Part shown: positions 37,801 to 46,147 of the stretch, one piece after another | How positions within the stretch are numbered: the first letter of the stretch is position 1 | How the letters are laid out: each line of letters begins with the position of its first letter | Origin: a virus | Lineage: Duplodnaviria > Caudoviricetes | DNA: 64,000 bases | Reading direction: 5' to 3' (one strand) | IMG/VR virus record: IMGVR_UViG_3300009155_000035 | Notes under the pieces: model-generated | Seen by the model: only the letters and a program-made list of their open reading frames with translations | The model's database searches: none | What the model was told of the DNA's origin: nothing | Position numbers and translations under genes: made by a program

Positions 37801-38289
37801 GCAACAGGTGAGTTTGTGACAATTGCCACAGGCCAAGGTCTACGTGACGTATTGTATGTTAACAAGATTAACCCAATTACGTTCATTCCTGGTGTTGGTA
37901 TTACTAACTATGGTAACAAGACTGAAAGTCCAATTACAAGTGCTATGGATCGTATCAACGTTGCACGTTTGGTTGCATACATACGTGGACGCCTGAATGA
38001 AATTGGTAAACAGTTTGTATTTGAACCTAACGATCAAATCACTCGTAATGAAATCACAAATGCTATCGACGGTCTCATGGTAGATCTAGTGGCAAAACGT
38101 GGTATCTATGACTACTTGATTGTGTGTGATTTGAGTAACAACACACCAGCACGTATTGATCGTAACGAACTATATGTTGATATTGCTATCGAGCCTGTTA
38201 AGGCAGTTGAATTTATCTACATTCCAGTACGTATTAAGAATACTGGCGAATTGGCTGCAGGCCAAACAGCTAGCTCTGCTACGGTTTAA
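34891..38289 (+). CDS. Tail sheath protein (T4 gp18-like) with large insertions
   Basis: MALVSPGVEVTVVDES start, F...FG.P, ..AP AG..RG, LY..KINPI, DRINV.RL, FEPND..TR motifs. 1132 aa. Confidence 0.95.
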   Translation: MALVSPGVEVTVVDESNYIPAATNSVPYVLIATAQNKISGTGTGVAAGTLAVNAGKVYLVTSQRDLAATFGNPFFYKTSAGTPINGYELNEYGLLAAFSVLGISNRAYIQRADIDLSELTASLVRPTGAPTDGTYWLDTSSTSWGVFQWNQTTGAFTSKTPTVITSTTQLTGGVPSANIGSIGDYAVVATNANNPVYYKNSENMWVLVGSDAWKMSWPTIQASNSLDGVSLTAGNTIVINGTTVTVPVAPNNNLNGLVTAINNASIAGVTAEADSSSRLVIYADSDAESDGSSANGGIVHIDVLSTAGLLTALGVSVGNYYAPTLQQSPNYTVPRWRTSDVEPRPTGSVWNMLTAVNQGASIIIKRYDSVLGAFVTQSAPIYANGWSADKGLDPAGGGKNIPADTLYVQYNTDPELSGTGLYNNTLTLKAYTRLAAGATVITGDDTAPTFTASNTFTIQASTANSTSLTSPVTATVNGVTPADFVTAVSAAGVPNVSASVTSDGSIAFTHALGGDIVLIDLTGNPVADAGFNTTVTGVSDATGELTGGLILSNWIPLTYIASASAPSLDPADGRLWYYSATNQVDIMIQSGTEWQGYRNVSLDVRGYNLTQTDPNGPIVSASEPLLQSDGTDLVYGDLWIDTSNLELYPVVKRWELVNDVATWVSIDNTDQTTSNGILFADARWATNGTTDPITDNFPTIKSLLTSDYLDLDAPDPTLYPAGTLLWNTRRSGFNVKSFQVDYFNPTTFSVDSYSAATSYAVNDLVLYEGIIYIATAPGNGNVPTDTNFWSPLETNAWVTATGNKADGSPYMGRLAQRQLVVAAMKSVIDTQDTLREEQNVFNLIACPNYPELIPNMVALNNERSNTAFVVGDTPLRLPPNGADIVAWATNNTGTGYVTGDGLTIGDPYVGVFYPSCRTTDLGGSQVVQPPSHMMLRTIVRSDEVAYPWLAPAGVRRGVIDNAEQIGYVNAATGEFVTIATGQGLRDVLYVNKINPITFIPGVGITNYGNKTESPITSAMDRINVARLVAYIRGRLNEIGKQFVFEPNDQITRNEITNAIDGLMVDLVAKRGIYDYLIVCDLSNNTPARIDRNELYVDIAIEPVKAVEFIYIPVRIKNTGELAAGQTASSATV

Positions 38290-38325
38290 TAGCAGGTAAA
38301 TAAACATATACAGGAGATAAAACAT

Positions 38326-38958
38326 ATGGCCGTTGCATCACTAACTAGAATGACAGTGCCTCTGTCTAGCGATCAAAGTAATCCTAATCAGGGCTTGTTG
38401 ATGCCAAAACTCAAATATCGCTTTCGAGTGATATTTGAAAACTTTGGAGTCTCTACTCCAAGAACAGAACTTACAAAACAAGTGATGGACTTTACTCGTC
38501 CATCAGTTACATTTGACGAAATTCCTATTGAAATTTACAACAGTCGTATGTACCTTGCTGGTAAGCATACTTGGGATATGTTAACTGTTACCTTGCGTGA
38601 TGATGCTTCTGGCGAAGTAGCACGCCTGGTTGGTGAACAATTACAAAAGCAGTTGGACTTTAATGAGATGGCATCTGCGGCAGCTGGTATTGACTACAAG
38701 TTCCTAACACGTTGCGAAATTCTTGACGGTGGTAATGGAGCCGCTCAACCAGTTGTGTTGGAAAACTGGGAAATTTATGGTTGCTACTTGAACCAAGTTA
38801 ACTATCAAGATCTTAACTATGGCGAAAGTGCTCCAGTAACAATTCAAATGCAAATTCGTTTCGATAATGCTGTTCAGACACCTAACGGTACTGGCCTTGG
38901 CACTAGCGTTGCACGTTTGGCAGGTAGTGTTGTAACTGGTGTAGGCACAGCTGGCTAA
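38326..38958 (+). CDS. Tail tube protein (T4 gp19-like)
   Basis: Follows the sheath gene. P.V.F.EI.I......Y.AGK.TW..L.VT.RDD motifs. SD AGGAGA. Confidence 0.88.
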   Translation: MAVASLTRMTVPLSSDQSNPNQGLLMPKLKYRFRVIFENFGVSTPRTELTKQVMDFTRPSVTFDEIPIEIYNSRMYLAGKHTWDMLTVTLRDDASGEVARLVGEQLQKQLDFNEMASAAAGIDYKFLTRCEILDGGNGAAQPVVLENWEIYGCYLNQVNYQDLNYGESAPVTIQMQIRFDNAVQTPNGTGLGTSVARLAGSVVTGVGTAG

Positions 38959-38967
38959 TTAAATTAG

Positions 38968-40128
38968 ATGGCATTCGGGCAGGATTTTCTAAAGGCATTC
39001 TTCGGGAATGACTATGTCAAGGACTACACACATGCAAGCAAGGTGTTTAGATCCAATGGCTACGAAAATTCTCCCCGATTAAAGTTTTTATTTCACGTTT
39101 ATTTTAATCTTAATACAACTGCAATTCCCCCGTTGAGAAACATTTTCTCAACGCCCGACACATCAACAATTGGCTTACTAGTTAAAAACATTGAACTACC
39201 TAAGTTCAAGATGGACACTGAAGTATTAAATCAATACAATCGCAAACGTGTAGTACAAAAAAGAATCGACTACGATCCAATCAACATCAAGTTCCATGAT
39301 GATTCTGGCGATTTAATTCGTACAATGTGGTACAATTACTATTCGTACTACTATAAAGATCCCACACAACCATATCGTGGACAAAAAAACACAAATGGCA
39401 GTATTGGCCAAAGTGCAACATTGCCTAACGGTTTTGACTACAATAATCGAGACATTTATTCTAACGATCGTTTTGTTAATGATTGGGGTTATGTAGGCGA
39501 AAGTTATTTTGATGGCACAAACAGCACAAGTGGAAAGCCACCGTTCTTCAAAGACATCAGCATCTATGGCATGAATCAACACAAGTTTGTTGAATATGTA
39601 TTAGTGAATCCAATGATTAGCCAATGGAATCATGACTCATATGACTACAGCCAAGACAATGGTGTAATGGAAAACAACGTAACAATAACTTACGAAACAG
39701 TAAAATATTACAGTGGTGCAATTGGCGGCGTTAGACCAGATACAAACATTCAAGGTTTTGCAAGTCCAACCTATTATGATCAACAACAAAGTCCATTAAC
39801 ACGCCCGGGTGGTACTAGAAGTATTATTGGCCAAGGCGGGTTGCTTGATGCTGGCCTTGGCATATATTCTGACTTACAATCTGGCAGCGTGGCAGGTGTT
39901 ATTGGTGCTGTGCAAAAAGCCGGCACAGCTTACAACACATTCAAAGGTGTAAATTTAAAGTCTGTAGCAAAAGAAGAAGCAGTAGGAGCAGTCCAAGGTG
40001 TGTTAAGAGGTACAAGCCAAGGAAATCCATCTAGCACAGCATTGCAATCAATCATTCCTCCAAGCTTTGCACAAAACGTAGCAACAACATTACAAAAACC
40101 AATTTTTCCGACACCACCTAAGAGGTAA
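38968..40128 (+). CDS. Tube-fold baseplate tail-tube initiator (gp54/gp48-like)
   Basis: K.IELPK....E..NQYNR......I.YDPI.I.F.DD, V.I.YE motifs. Confidence 0.7.
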   Translation: MAFGQDFLKAFFGNDYVKDYTHASKVFRSNGYENSPRLKFLFHVYFNLNTTAIPPLRNIFSTPDTSTIGLLVKNIELPKFKMDTEVLNQYNRKRVVQKRIDYDPINIKFHDDSGDLIRTMWYNYYSYYYKDPTQPYRGQKNTNGSIGQSATLPNGFDYNNRDIYSNDRFVNDWGYVGESYFDGTNSTSGKPPFFKDISIYGMNQHKFVEYVLVNPMISQWNHDSYDYSQDNGVMENNVTITYETVKYYSGAIGGVRPDTNIQGFASPTYYDQQQSPLTRPGGTRSIIGQGGLLDAGLGIYSDLQSGSVAGVIGAVQKAGTAYNTFKGVNLKSVAKEEAVGAVQGVLRGTSQGNPSSTALQSIIPPSFAQNVATTLQKPIFPTPPKR

Positions 40129-40131
40129 TCA

Positions 40132-40497
40132 ATGGCAACAGTAAACGAACCAAATCCTAAATTAGGTAGCACAGTTAGGCTTTTTGATCAATTCTATGCA
40201 TACGAAGTAGATGTGCCAGTTAACGAGTACGATGCAGTTAACAGTTACTTTTTAAGTGTTTTTAAAACTAGAGAAGCCGCACAGAATTTTACAGTTACTT
40301 TATTTAGAGTTTCGCAACAAACAAATGTGCCAGCACTGACTTTGTTGGGACAACTACAAGACGTTGGCACAGACCAAATAAAACTCACAGCCATTTTGAG
40401 TTATTTCTTAAATGGTTTGAGAAGCCCAAGTACTTTACTAGGTGTTAACTCCACGCTAACTCCAAATTTTTTTACTGCACGTAACGTTTTACCATGA
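40132..40497 (+). CDS. Hypothetical protein
   Basis: 121 aa in the tail operon. Confidence 0.65.
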   Translation: MATVNEPNPKLGSTVRLFDQFYAYEVDVPVNEYDAVNSYFLSVFKTREAAQNFTVTLFRVSQQTNVPALTLLGQLQDVGTDQIKLTAILSYFLNGLRSPSTLLGVNSTLTPNFFTARNVLP

Positions 40498-40931
40498 CAA
40501 ATTTTGCACAAGGTGCCTACGTGCCTAAACACCCAAAAAAGTATGTAGGCAAGGGTACTCCTCGTTATCGTAGCGGATGGGAGTGGGCTTTCTTTCAATT
40601 TTGCGACAACAACGATGCAGTGCTTGAGTGGGCGAGTGAAGCAATTGCAATCAAGTACATCAACCCTCTAACTGGCAAGATGACAAATTACATACCAGAT
40701 GTGTTTATTCGTTATCGCACACGCAACAACAAAGTCTGCACGGAATTAATTGAAATTAAACCCAAAAAGCAAAGTGCTATCACAGAAGGCATGAAAGATC
40801 GAGATCGTGCTATCGTAGCAGTAAATCATGCAAAATGGGCGGCAGCACAGGCCTGGTGCAAACGTGCAAATATTGTGTTTCGAGTTATAACCGAAGATCA
40901 AATGTTCCATCGAGGTGGAAAAAAGCGGTAA
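40494..40931 (+). CDS. Head completion nuclease (T4 gp4-like)
   Basis: YRSGWE...F..CD.N..VL.WASE..I.Y..P..GK...YIPD, LIEIKP..Q, N..KW.AA..W motifs. Confidence 0.9.
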   Translation: MTNFAQGAYVPKHPKKYVGKGTPRYRSGWEWAFFQFCDNNDAVLEWASEAIAIKYINPLTGKMTNYIPDVFIRYRTRNNKVCTELIEIKPKKQSAITEGMKDRDRAIVAVNHAKWAAAQAWCKRANIVFRVITEDQMFHRGGKKR

Positions 40932-40938
40932 ATACCGC

Positions 40939-41442
40939 ATGACAAGAAAACTCGAAGAACTTTTCAACATCGAATCTCCCAGTCCCGATGGCATACTTGA
41001 TAGCCCAGACAGCGAACCTGGAAATGATATCGAGAAGAATTTGCCAGTACTCCCGGAAACTTTGGTGGCCCTTGACAAGATAGAGTCAGCATTGCCTGCG
41101 GTCCGGGGTCTTGAAGCCAGTGACGCTGAAATGGATGATTTGGCAACCAAGGCAACTGAAAGCTTTGACAATCTCATGGACCTTGGCATGCAAGTTGACA
41201 GTAGATATGCCAGTGAAATTTTTGCTGTGGCCGGCGCTATGCTAGGACATGCTATCACTGCCAAGACAGCCAAGATGAATAAGAAACTCAAAATGATTCA
41301 GTTGCAATTACAAAAAGCAAAACTGGATCAAACCAATGAAACAGATCCTACTCCAACTGCTCAAGGTCGTGTATTAGATCGTAATGAATTACTAAAGCAC
41401 TTGGTACAGCGGAGTACTGAAAACCCCAACAGCGGTAAATAA
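40939..41442 (+). CDS. Putative terminase small subunit (T4 gp16-like)
   Basis: Helical with a central hairpin-like segment and C-terminal DRNELLK.L. About 167 aa. Upstream of TerL. Confidence 0.55.
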   Translation: MTRKLEELFNIESPSPDGILDSPDSEPGNDIEKNLPVLPETLVALDKIESALPAVRGLEASDAEMDDLATKATESFDNLMDLGMQVDSRYASEIFAVAGAMLGHAITAKTAKMNKKLKMIQLQLQKAKLDQTNETDPTPTAQGRVLDRNELLKHLVQRSTENPNSGK

Positions 41443-41459
41443 CATATAGGATTAGTCAC

Positions 41460-42059
41460 ATGAAAACATTTGCACAATATCTCACAGAAAGTGAAAAAAC
41501 CTTTGATTATCGCATTAAAATATGCGGTGATGTGCCCTCAGACTTTGTTAACTCTCTGAAAGAAAAACTTAAAAAGTTTGATCCAGTAAAGATCTCTGAA
41601 CCAAAGAAAACTCCAATTCAGTCTAAGCCAATTGACTTTCCGTCTTTCACAAACGAACCTGTAACTATCATCGATGGCACATTTCGTTATCCAGCCACTC
41701 CTCCACAAATTCAACAAATGGTTCGTTTGTTAGGTATGGATGAGAATCGTGTGTGCATTAACGAGTTGCAGTGGAGTGAAGGCATGGACAAAGAGTTGTT
41801 GGGTATTGCCGACCAAAAGGATTTGTTAGTTAGTGACTATCCAGCTGACAATGCTGAACAGAAAGCACTCTCAAAAGATTATGCCGCTCCTGCCGCTGAC
41901 AAAGAAGTAGTTAAAAACTCGGCTGCCGATGCCAAGTTCACTATTGCTGGTGGCAAGACACCCCCAGCAGAAACCACAAACAATTTACCGCAGGGCGTTA
42001 AGAGTCCAATGACAACGGTCAAACGTCCGCCTAAGCCAGCAACCGGCCTCCAGAAATAA
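41460..42059 (+). CDS. Putative prohead-targeted internal protein
   Basis: N-terminus MKTFAQYLTE resembles the T4 capsid-targeting sequence. Confidence 0.55.
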   Translation: MKTFAQYLTESEKTFDYRIKICGDVPSDFVNSLKEKLKKFDPVKISEPKKTPIQSKPIDFPSFTNEPVTIIDGTFRYPATPPQIQQMVRLLGMDENRVCINELQWSEGMDKELLGIADQKDLLVSDYPADNAEQKALSKDYAAPAADKEVVKNSAADAKFTIAGGKTPPAETTNNLPQGVKSPMTTVKRPPKPATGLQK

Positions 42060-42069
42060 GGAAACAACA

Positions 42070-44268
42070 ATGACATTTTTTTACGACTTAAACAAAAAGC
42101 TTAGTGATTTGGCCGCTAAACAAACACTCACCGAAGCCGCTAGCCATCAAGCTAAAACTACAATGAAGCATGTTAATGCTAGTGATGCTTCTCCTAAAGT
42201 AAAAGCCGCAATTGGCAAGGCAGCCAAAGACATCAAGCCAGGCATCCAAGGTTACAGAGACAGAGCGGCTGCATTGACTGCTGCCGGAGTCAAAGAAGAT
42301 GACATGGGCGAAGGCAATGAATTTTCAGGTCAACTAGCCCGGGCCAAAGCTTCTGGTGCTAAATCATTTAATGTTGATGGCAAAGAGTATCCAGTCAAAG
42401 AAGGCTCCACTGGTGATTACTCGGCCAAAAAAGCCCGGGCTGGTAAAGACATTGGAAAGCCCGGCAAAGCATTTGCTAAGATTGCTAAATCAGCAGGCGA
42501 AAAATATGGTAGCAAAGCACGTGGTGAAAAAGTTGCCGGCGCTGTGTTGGCAAAGTTACGTGCCAAAGAAAGCATTGAAGAAACACAAAACCCCAATGTT
42601 GGTCAGGTGTTAAAAAACTTTTCGCGTGATGTTAAAGACTTTCAATCCAGTGGCGAGTTGAGTGATAACTTGTACAGTGCATTGTTTGACGTGTGGTCAT
42701 CTGAAATGCCATATGGTACTGCAAAAGCACGCACTGGTGATCCATATCAGTGGATCTCTCAGAAACTGAATCAAGAATTAGGCATGAGTGAAGGTGTTGA
42801 CAAACAAGCATTTGCCGCGCTGGCACCTCCGCGAGACAAGATTACATTTGCTGACAAAATTGCTGGGGCCAAAAAAGAAGTTGACGAAATGCTTGGAGAT
42901 GTTGCTGCCGAAGCAATGAAGGCAGCATTAGGCAAAGGTAAAAAGATTGTTGCTGACGAAAGCAGAGATGATGACGATGACGTCTATACCTATCAAGATC
43001 CTGCAAAGAAGAAAACATATAAAACTGCATCCGGTGGTACAGTAACACACCATGGCAATGTTACACGCCATCAAGCGGCGCCCGGGCGTTACGGTGGCTA
43101 TGATCCAGAATCTCATCCAGACAAGGATGACGATAAGCCCGGAACACCTGACGGTGAAAAGCGTGGCAAAGGGCGTCCAAAAGGAACAGGTAAGAGTCTT
43201 GGCGCCAAAGGGCCAAGCGGTAAGTCTAAATTAATGACTCGAGAAGGCGAAGTAAGTACAGGTAATTTGCAAAAAATGCATCAGTTAGTTACTGGCTTAA
43301 AATTGTATATTCAAGACGAAGACGGCAAGGCAGCTCTTAAAGAGCTAACTGCGTTAATCAAGCATTATGTGAACCAAGGTGGCGAACAAGAACTAGACGA
43401 AGAGCAACTTGATGAGCTATCAAAGGATACATTAAAGAGTTATATTGATAAAGCTGCTACTCGTTTAGTTAGCGGCGACAAGTATAAGGGCATGGATAGA
43501 TATAATAGAGTTGATGGTATTAAAAAAGCAACTTCTAAGCTTGTTAAACAAGAAGAAACAGAACAAACTGATGAAGTCATGTCAAGAAAACAAAAAGATG
43601 CCGCAGTTCGTAATTTTATGTCGCATGATCCAGAAGCTGGTGAAAAAATTCTTGCTATGGGCAAGAAAGATGCAGAAGACTTTGCATCAACCAAGCACAA
43701 AGGCCTACCAGAAAAGAAAGCCAAGAAAAAAGAAGATGTAGAAGAAACTACAACTTCGGGCAGTGTAGCTGTTGCACCTGCTGGCGGCAAAACAAAAGCA
43801 AATGGCATTTTTGGTAAGAGTGTTTATGAAAATAAATTAGCCGAAAGCTTCAACAACAAGTTAAACGCTGTGCTGTCTGAAGGCATGAGTATTAACATGA
43901 GCGTTGGTGAAGATGGAACCAAATCCTTGACAGTCAACGCCACAAACGAAGATGCTGAACAACTAGCACAATTGCTTAAAATGGCCGGACTAGGTGGTGA
44001 AGGTGGTGCACAAGCTTGCTCTACATGCGGTGAATCTGCATGTGGTTGCGAACAAATGTCCGAAGGTGAATTAGCCAACAGCCCTGAGCCAGGATACAGT
44101 GATACTGACACCATGGTCAACACATTAAGCGGCGGATTAAATGGTCGTAAAGATACTGGACAAACAGTAGGAGCTCCGTTTAACCGTCAGTCTGCTCGCC
44201 AAGGCCCAGGCATTGCCGAAAACAAAGAAGCAGAACTTTGGAAAATTTACTCACGATATTCAAAATGA
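42070..44268 (+). CDS. Low-complexity putative internal head polyprotein
   Basis: 732 aa of charged modules separated by (L/V/I/M)-x-E motifs. Confidence 0.55.
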   Translation: MTFFYDLNKKLSDLAAKQTLTEAASHQAKTTMKHVNASDASPKVKAAIGKAAKDIKPGIQGYRDRAAALTAAGVKEDDMGEGNEFSGQLARAKASGAKSFNVDGKEYPVKEGSTGDYSAKKARAGKDIGKPGKAFAKIAKSAGEKYGSKARGEKVAGAVLAKLRAKESIEETQNPNVGQVLKNFSRDVKDFQSSGELSDNLYSALFDVWSSEMPYGTAKARTGDPYQWISQKLNQELGMSEGVDKQAFAALAPPRDKITFADKIAGAKKEVDEMLGDVAAEAMKAALGKGKKIVADESRDDDDDVYTYQDPAKKKTYKTASGGTVTHHGNVTRHQAAPGRYGGYDPESHPDKDDDKPGTPDGEKRGKGRPKGTGKSLGAKGPSGKSKLMTREGEVSTGNLQKMHQLVTGLKLYIQDEDGKAALKELTALIKHYVNQGGEQELDEEQLDELSKDTLKSYIDKAATRLVSGDKYKGMDRYNRVDGIKKATSKLVKQEETEQTDEVMSRKQKDAAVRNFMSHDPEAGEKILAMGKKDAEDFASTKHKGLPEKKAKKKEDVEETTTSGSVAVAPAGGKTKANGIFGKSVYENKLAESFNNKLNAVLSEGMSINMSVGEDGTKSLTVNATNEDAEQLAQLLKMAGLGGEGGAQACSTCGESACGCEQMSEGELANSPEPGYSDTDTMVNTLSGGLNGRKDTGQTVGAPFNRQSARQGPGIAENKEAELWKIYSRYSK

Positions 44269-45083
44269 GAACATTTAAAGACTACTTGACAGACGCTGAA
44301 CAGCAGAATCCCTGTGTAGGTGATTCTGTTGGCATTGAAATAGGGTTTGAGGACATTATCGAAACTTACGTAGTTGATGTGTTTGAAGATGCTGTGGTAA
44401 TTGAAAGCGACAGCACAACTTTACAACTACTTGAGAGTGCAGGATGTAAATTTGAAACAATAAGACGCTACGGTCCTGCAGGCAACAACAATGCCATGGG
44501 CTGGAGTGTAGCCGAAGATCAAGATGCGACTGTGCTAGCCCAAAAAGAAATAGCAACAGACATCACAAATCCTATGCCCGGGGTACATGAATCAGAGCAC
44601 GAATCTGGCGAGTACGACTACGAAGGCGACATGGCCAAGGATGACTTGCATACTATAATCCGTGCCGCACGAAAACTAACTGGCATGTTGGATGACAATG
44701 AAAACATGCCAGAGTGGGTACAGTCAAAAATCAACAAGGCAGCTGACTATGTTGACACTGCGGCTGACTACATAGAGTCAAACAAAGAACAAGACGAAAT
44801 TGACTTAGACGAAGCTGAATATCAAGGTCGTAAAGTTCCTTTAGGCAAGCCAATGCGTGGTGATGTAAAGAAATTCAAAGTTTATGTCAAAGATCCCAGT
44901 ACTGGTAATATTAAAAAAGTAAGCTTTGGTCATGGTGGTTCCAGTGCAAAACGTGCTGGCCAAAAAACTATGAAAATTAAAAAGTCAGATCCGGCACGTC
45001 GACGTAGTTTTAGAGCTCGGCACAATTGCGATAACCCAGGACCAAGAACAAAAGCACGATACTGGTCATGCCGTGCCTGGTAA
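44265..45083 (+). CDS. Putative internal head protein with a basic C-terminal module
   Basis: Starts MRTFKDYLTDAE. LDE|AEYQGRKV...RRRSFRARHNC...RYWSCRAW. Confidence 0.6.
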   Translation: MRTFKDYLTDAEQQNPCVGDSVGIEIGFEDIIETYVVDVFEDAVVIESDSTTLQLLESAGCKFETIRRYGPAGNNNAMGWSVAEDQDATVLAQKEIATDITNPMPGVHESEHESGEYDYEGDMAKDDLHTIIRAARKLTGMLDDNENMPEWVQSKINKAADYVDTAADYIESNKEQDEIDLDEAEYQGRKVPLGKPMRGDVKKFKVYVKDPSTGNIKKVSFGHGGSSAKRAGQKTMKIKKSDPARRRSFRARHNCDNPGPRTKARYWSCRAW

Positions 45084-45098
45084 AAGGAAAACAACAAC

Positions 45099-45380
45099 AT
45101 GAGTCAAGCAAACGTTTATACATCGGCTAGTAGCCAAGCCTGGTACACTGACAAGGCAAGAATATCCACAGGCACAAACACTGTAACTTACAATGTAAAT
45201 TTGTTGTACGGGCCTGCAACAGGAAATTTGTATTCAAATCCAATACAAATTCCAGCAAACAATCGCGTCACAGTATGGGTAGGAGTTGGCAACCAACTAA
45301 CAGTCACAGGTGGAAATGTTACTATACAAGAAGTAGGAACAGCAAGTTCGGGACAAGTTGGCGTTTGGCAGCCGGAGTAA
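45099..45380 (+). CDS. Small beta-rich hypothetical protein
   Basis: 93 aa, SD AAGGA. Confidence 0.65.
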   Translation: MSQANVYTSASSQAWYTDKARISTGTNTVTYNVNLLYGPATGNLYSNPIQIPANNRVTVWVGVGNQLTVTGGNVTIQEVGTASSGQVGVWQPE

Positions 45381-45383
45381 TTG

Positions 45384-45755
45384 ATGCGAGCTAATGAGTT
45401 TGTAACCGAGGACAAAGTTGGCAAGATTGGCAAGCGTCGACAGGTGGCCACACGTGGATTAAACAAATTCCGTGATAACCAATTTGCTGACAGGGTGTAT
45501 GAACTCAATCGTATCATGATGGCAGTAGCTTCTACTGACGGTACTACTGTGCCTGATATGGACAGTGAGTCATGGAGTGGGCGCAACAACGTGGCTGCTC
45601 CTTATACTGAAGTTGAGCAACGCATGCTTGAAAAAGCTTTCAAGGCCATAGGGTCAAAACATTGGGATCTAAATCACGGTGACATGGACAGTGAAGAAGT
45701 TAATTCAACTAATAAACAAAGTCCCGTGATGAGTTTCAAAGGCTATCCCCGATGA
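45384..45755 (+). CDS. Putative internal protein, paralog A
   Basis: Starts MRANEFVTE, ends SPVMSFKGYPR. Confidence 0.65.
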   Translation: MRANEFVTEDKVGKIGKRRQVATRGLNKFRDNQFADRVYELNRIMMAVASTDGTTVPDMDSESWSGRNNVAAPYTEVEQRMLEKAFKAIGSKHWDLNHGDMDSEEVNSTNKQSPVMSFKGYPR

Positions 45756-46141
45756 GAGCACGTGAATTCGTCACAGAACAAGCCGCCCAATTGCCGGCCG
45801 AGCAAGCCGATCCCATGCGTTACACTTACGTAGTTCCTGGTCTCAGTGCCGCTGACCCATACCGCAATTATAGATTTGGTGTTGCTCTAGCTCGAGCAAG
45901 AAGCGAAGCTGTAAAAGATGATGTAAACCCCGACATTCCTGCATGGCATGATGAAACTGCGTTTGGCGAGCATGGCATTGTTGCTGGCATGACGCCAGGT
46001 ATTGATAAACTTATTGATGCCGCATTGACAATGACAAAAACACCAGGTGGTAAAAAAATGGTGTCAAGTGGCCCCAGTGAAGAACCCAAATCAGTAGATA
46101 CAAAAAGTCCTGTAAAGGCATTCAAAGGATACCCAAGGTAA
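45752..46141 (+). CDS. Putative internal protein, paralog B
   Basis: Starts MRAREFVTE, ends SPVKAFKGYPR. Confidence 0.65.
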   Translation: MRAREFVTEQAAQLPAEQADPMRYTYVVPGLSAADPYRNYRFGVALARARSEAVKDDVNPDIPAWHDETAFGEHGIVAGMTPGIDKLIDAALTMTKTPGGKKMVSSGPSEEPKSVDTKSPVKAFKGYPR

Positions 46142-46147
46142 AATATT

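Noticed and set aside
40494-40931. gp4-like nuclease read as a TnsA transposase
   Set aside because: The fold is shared, but the context is head completion and there are no TnsB/TnsC genes or transposon ends.
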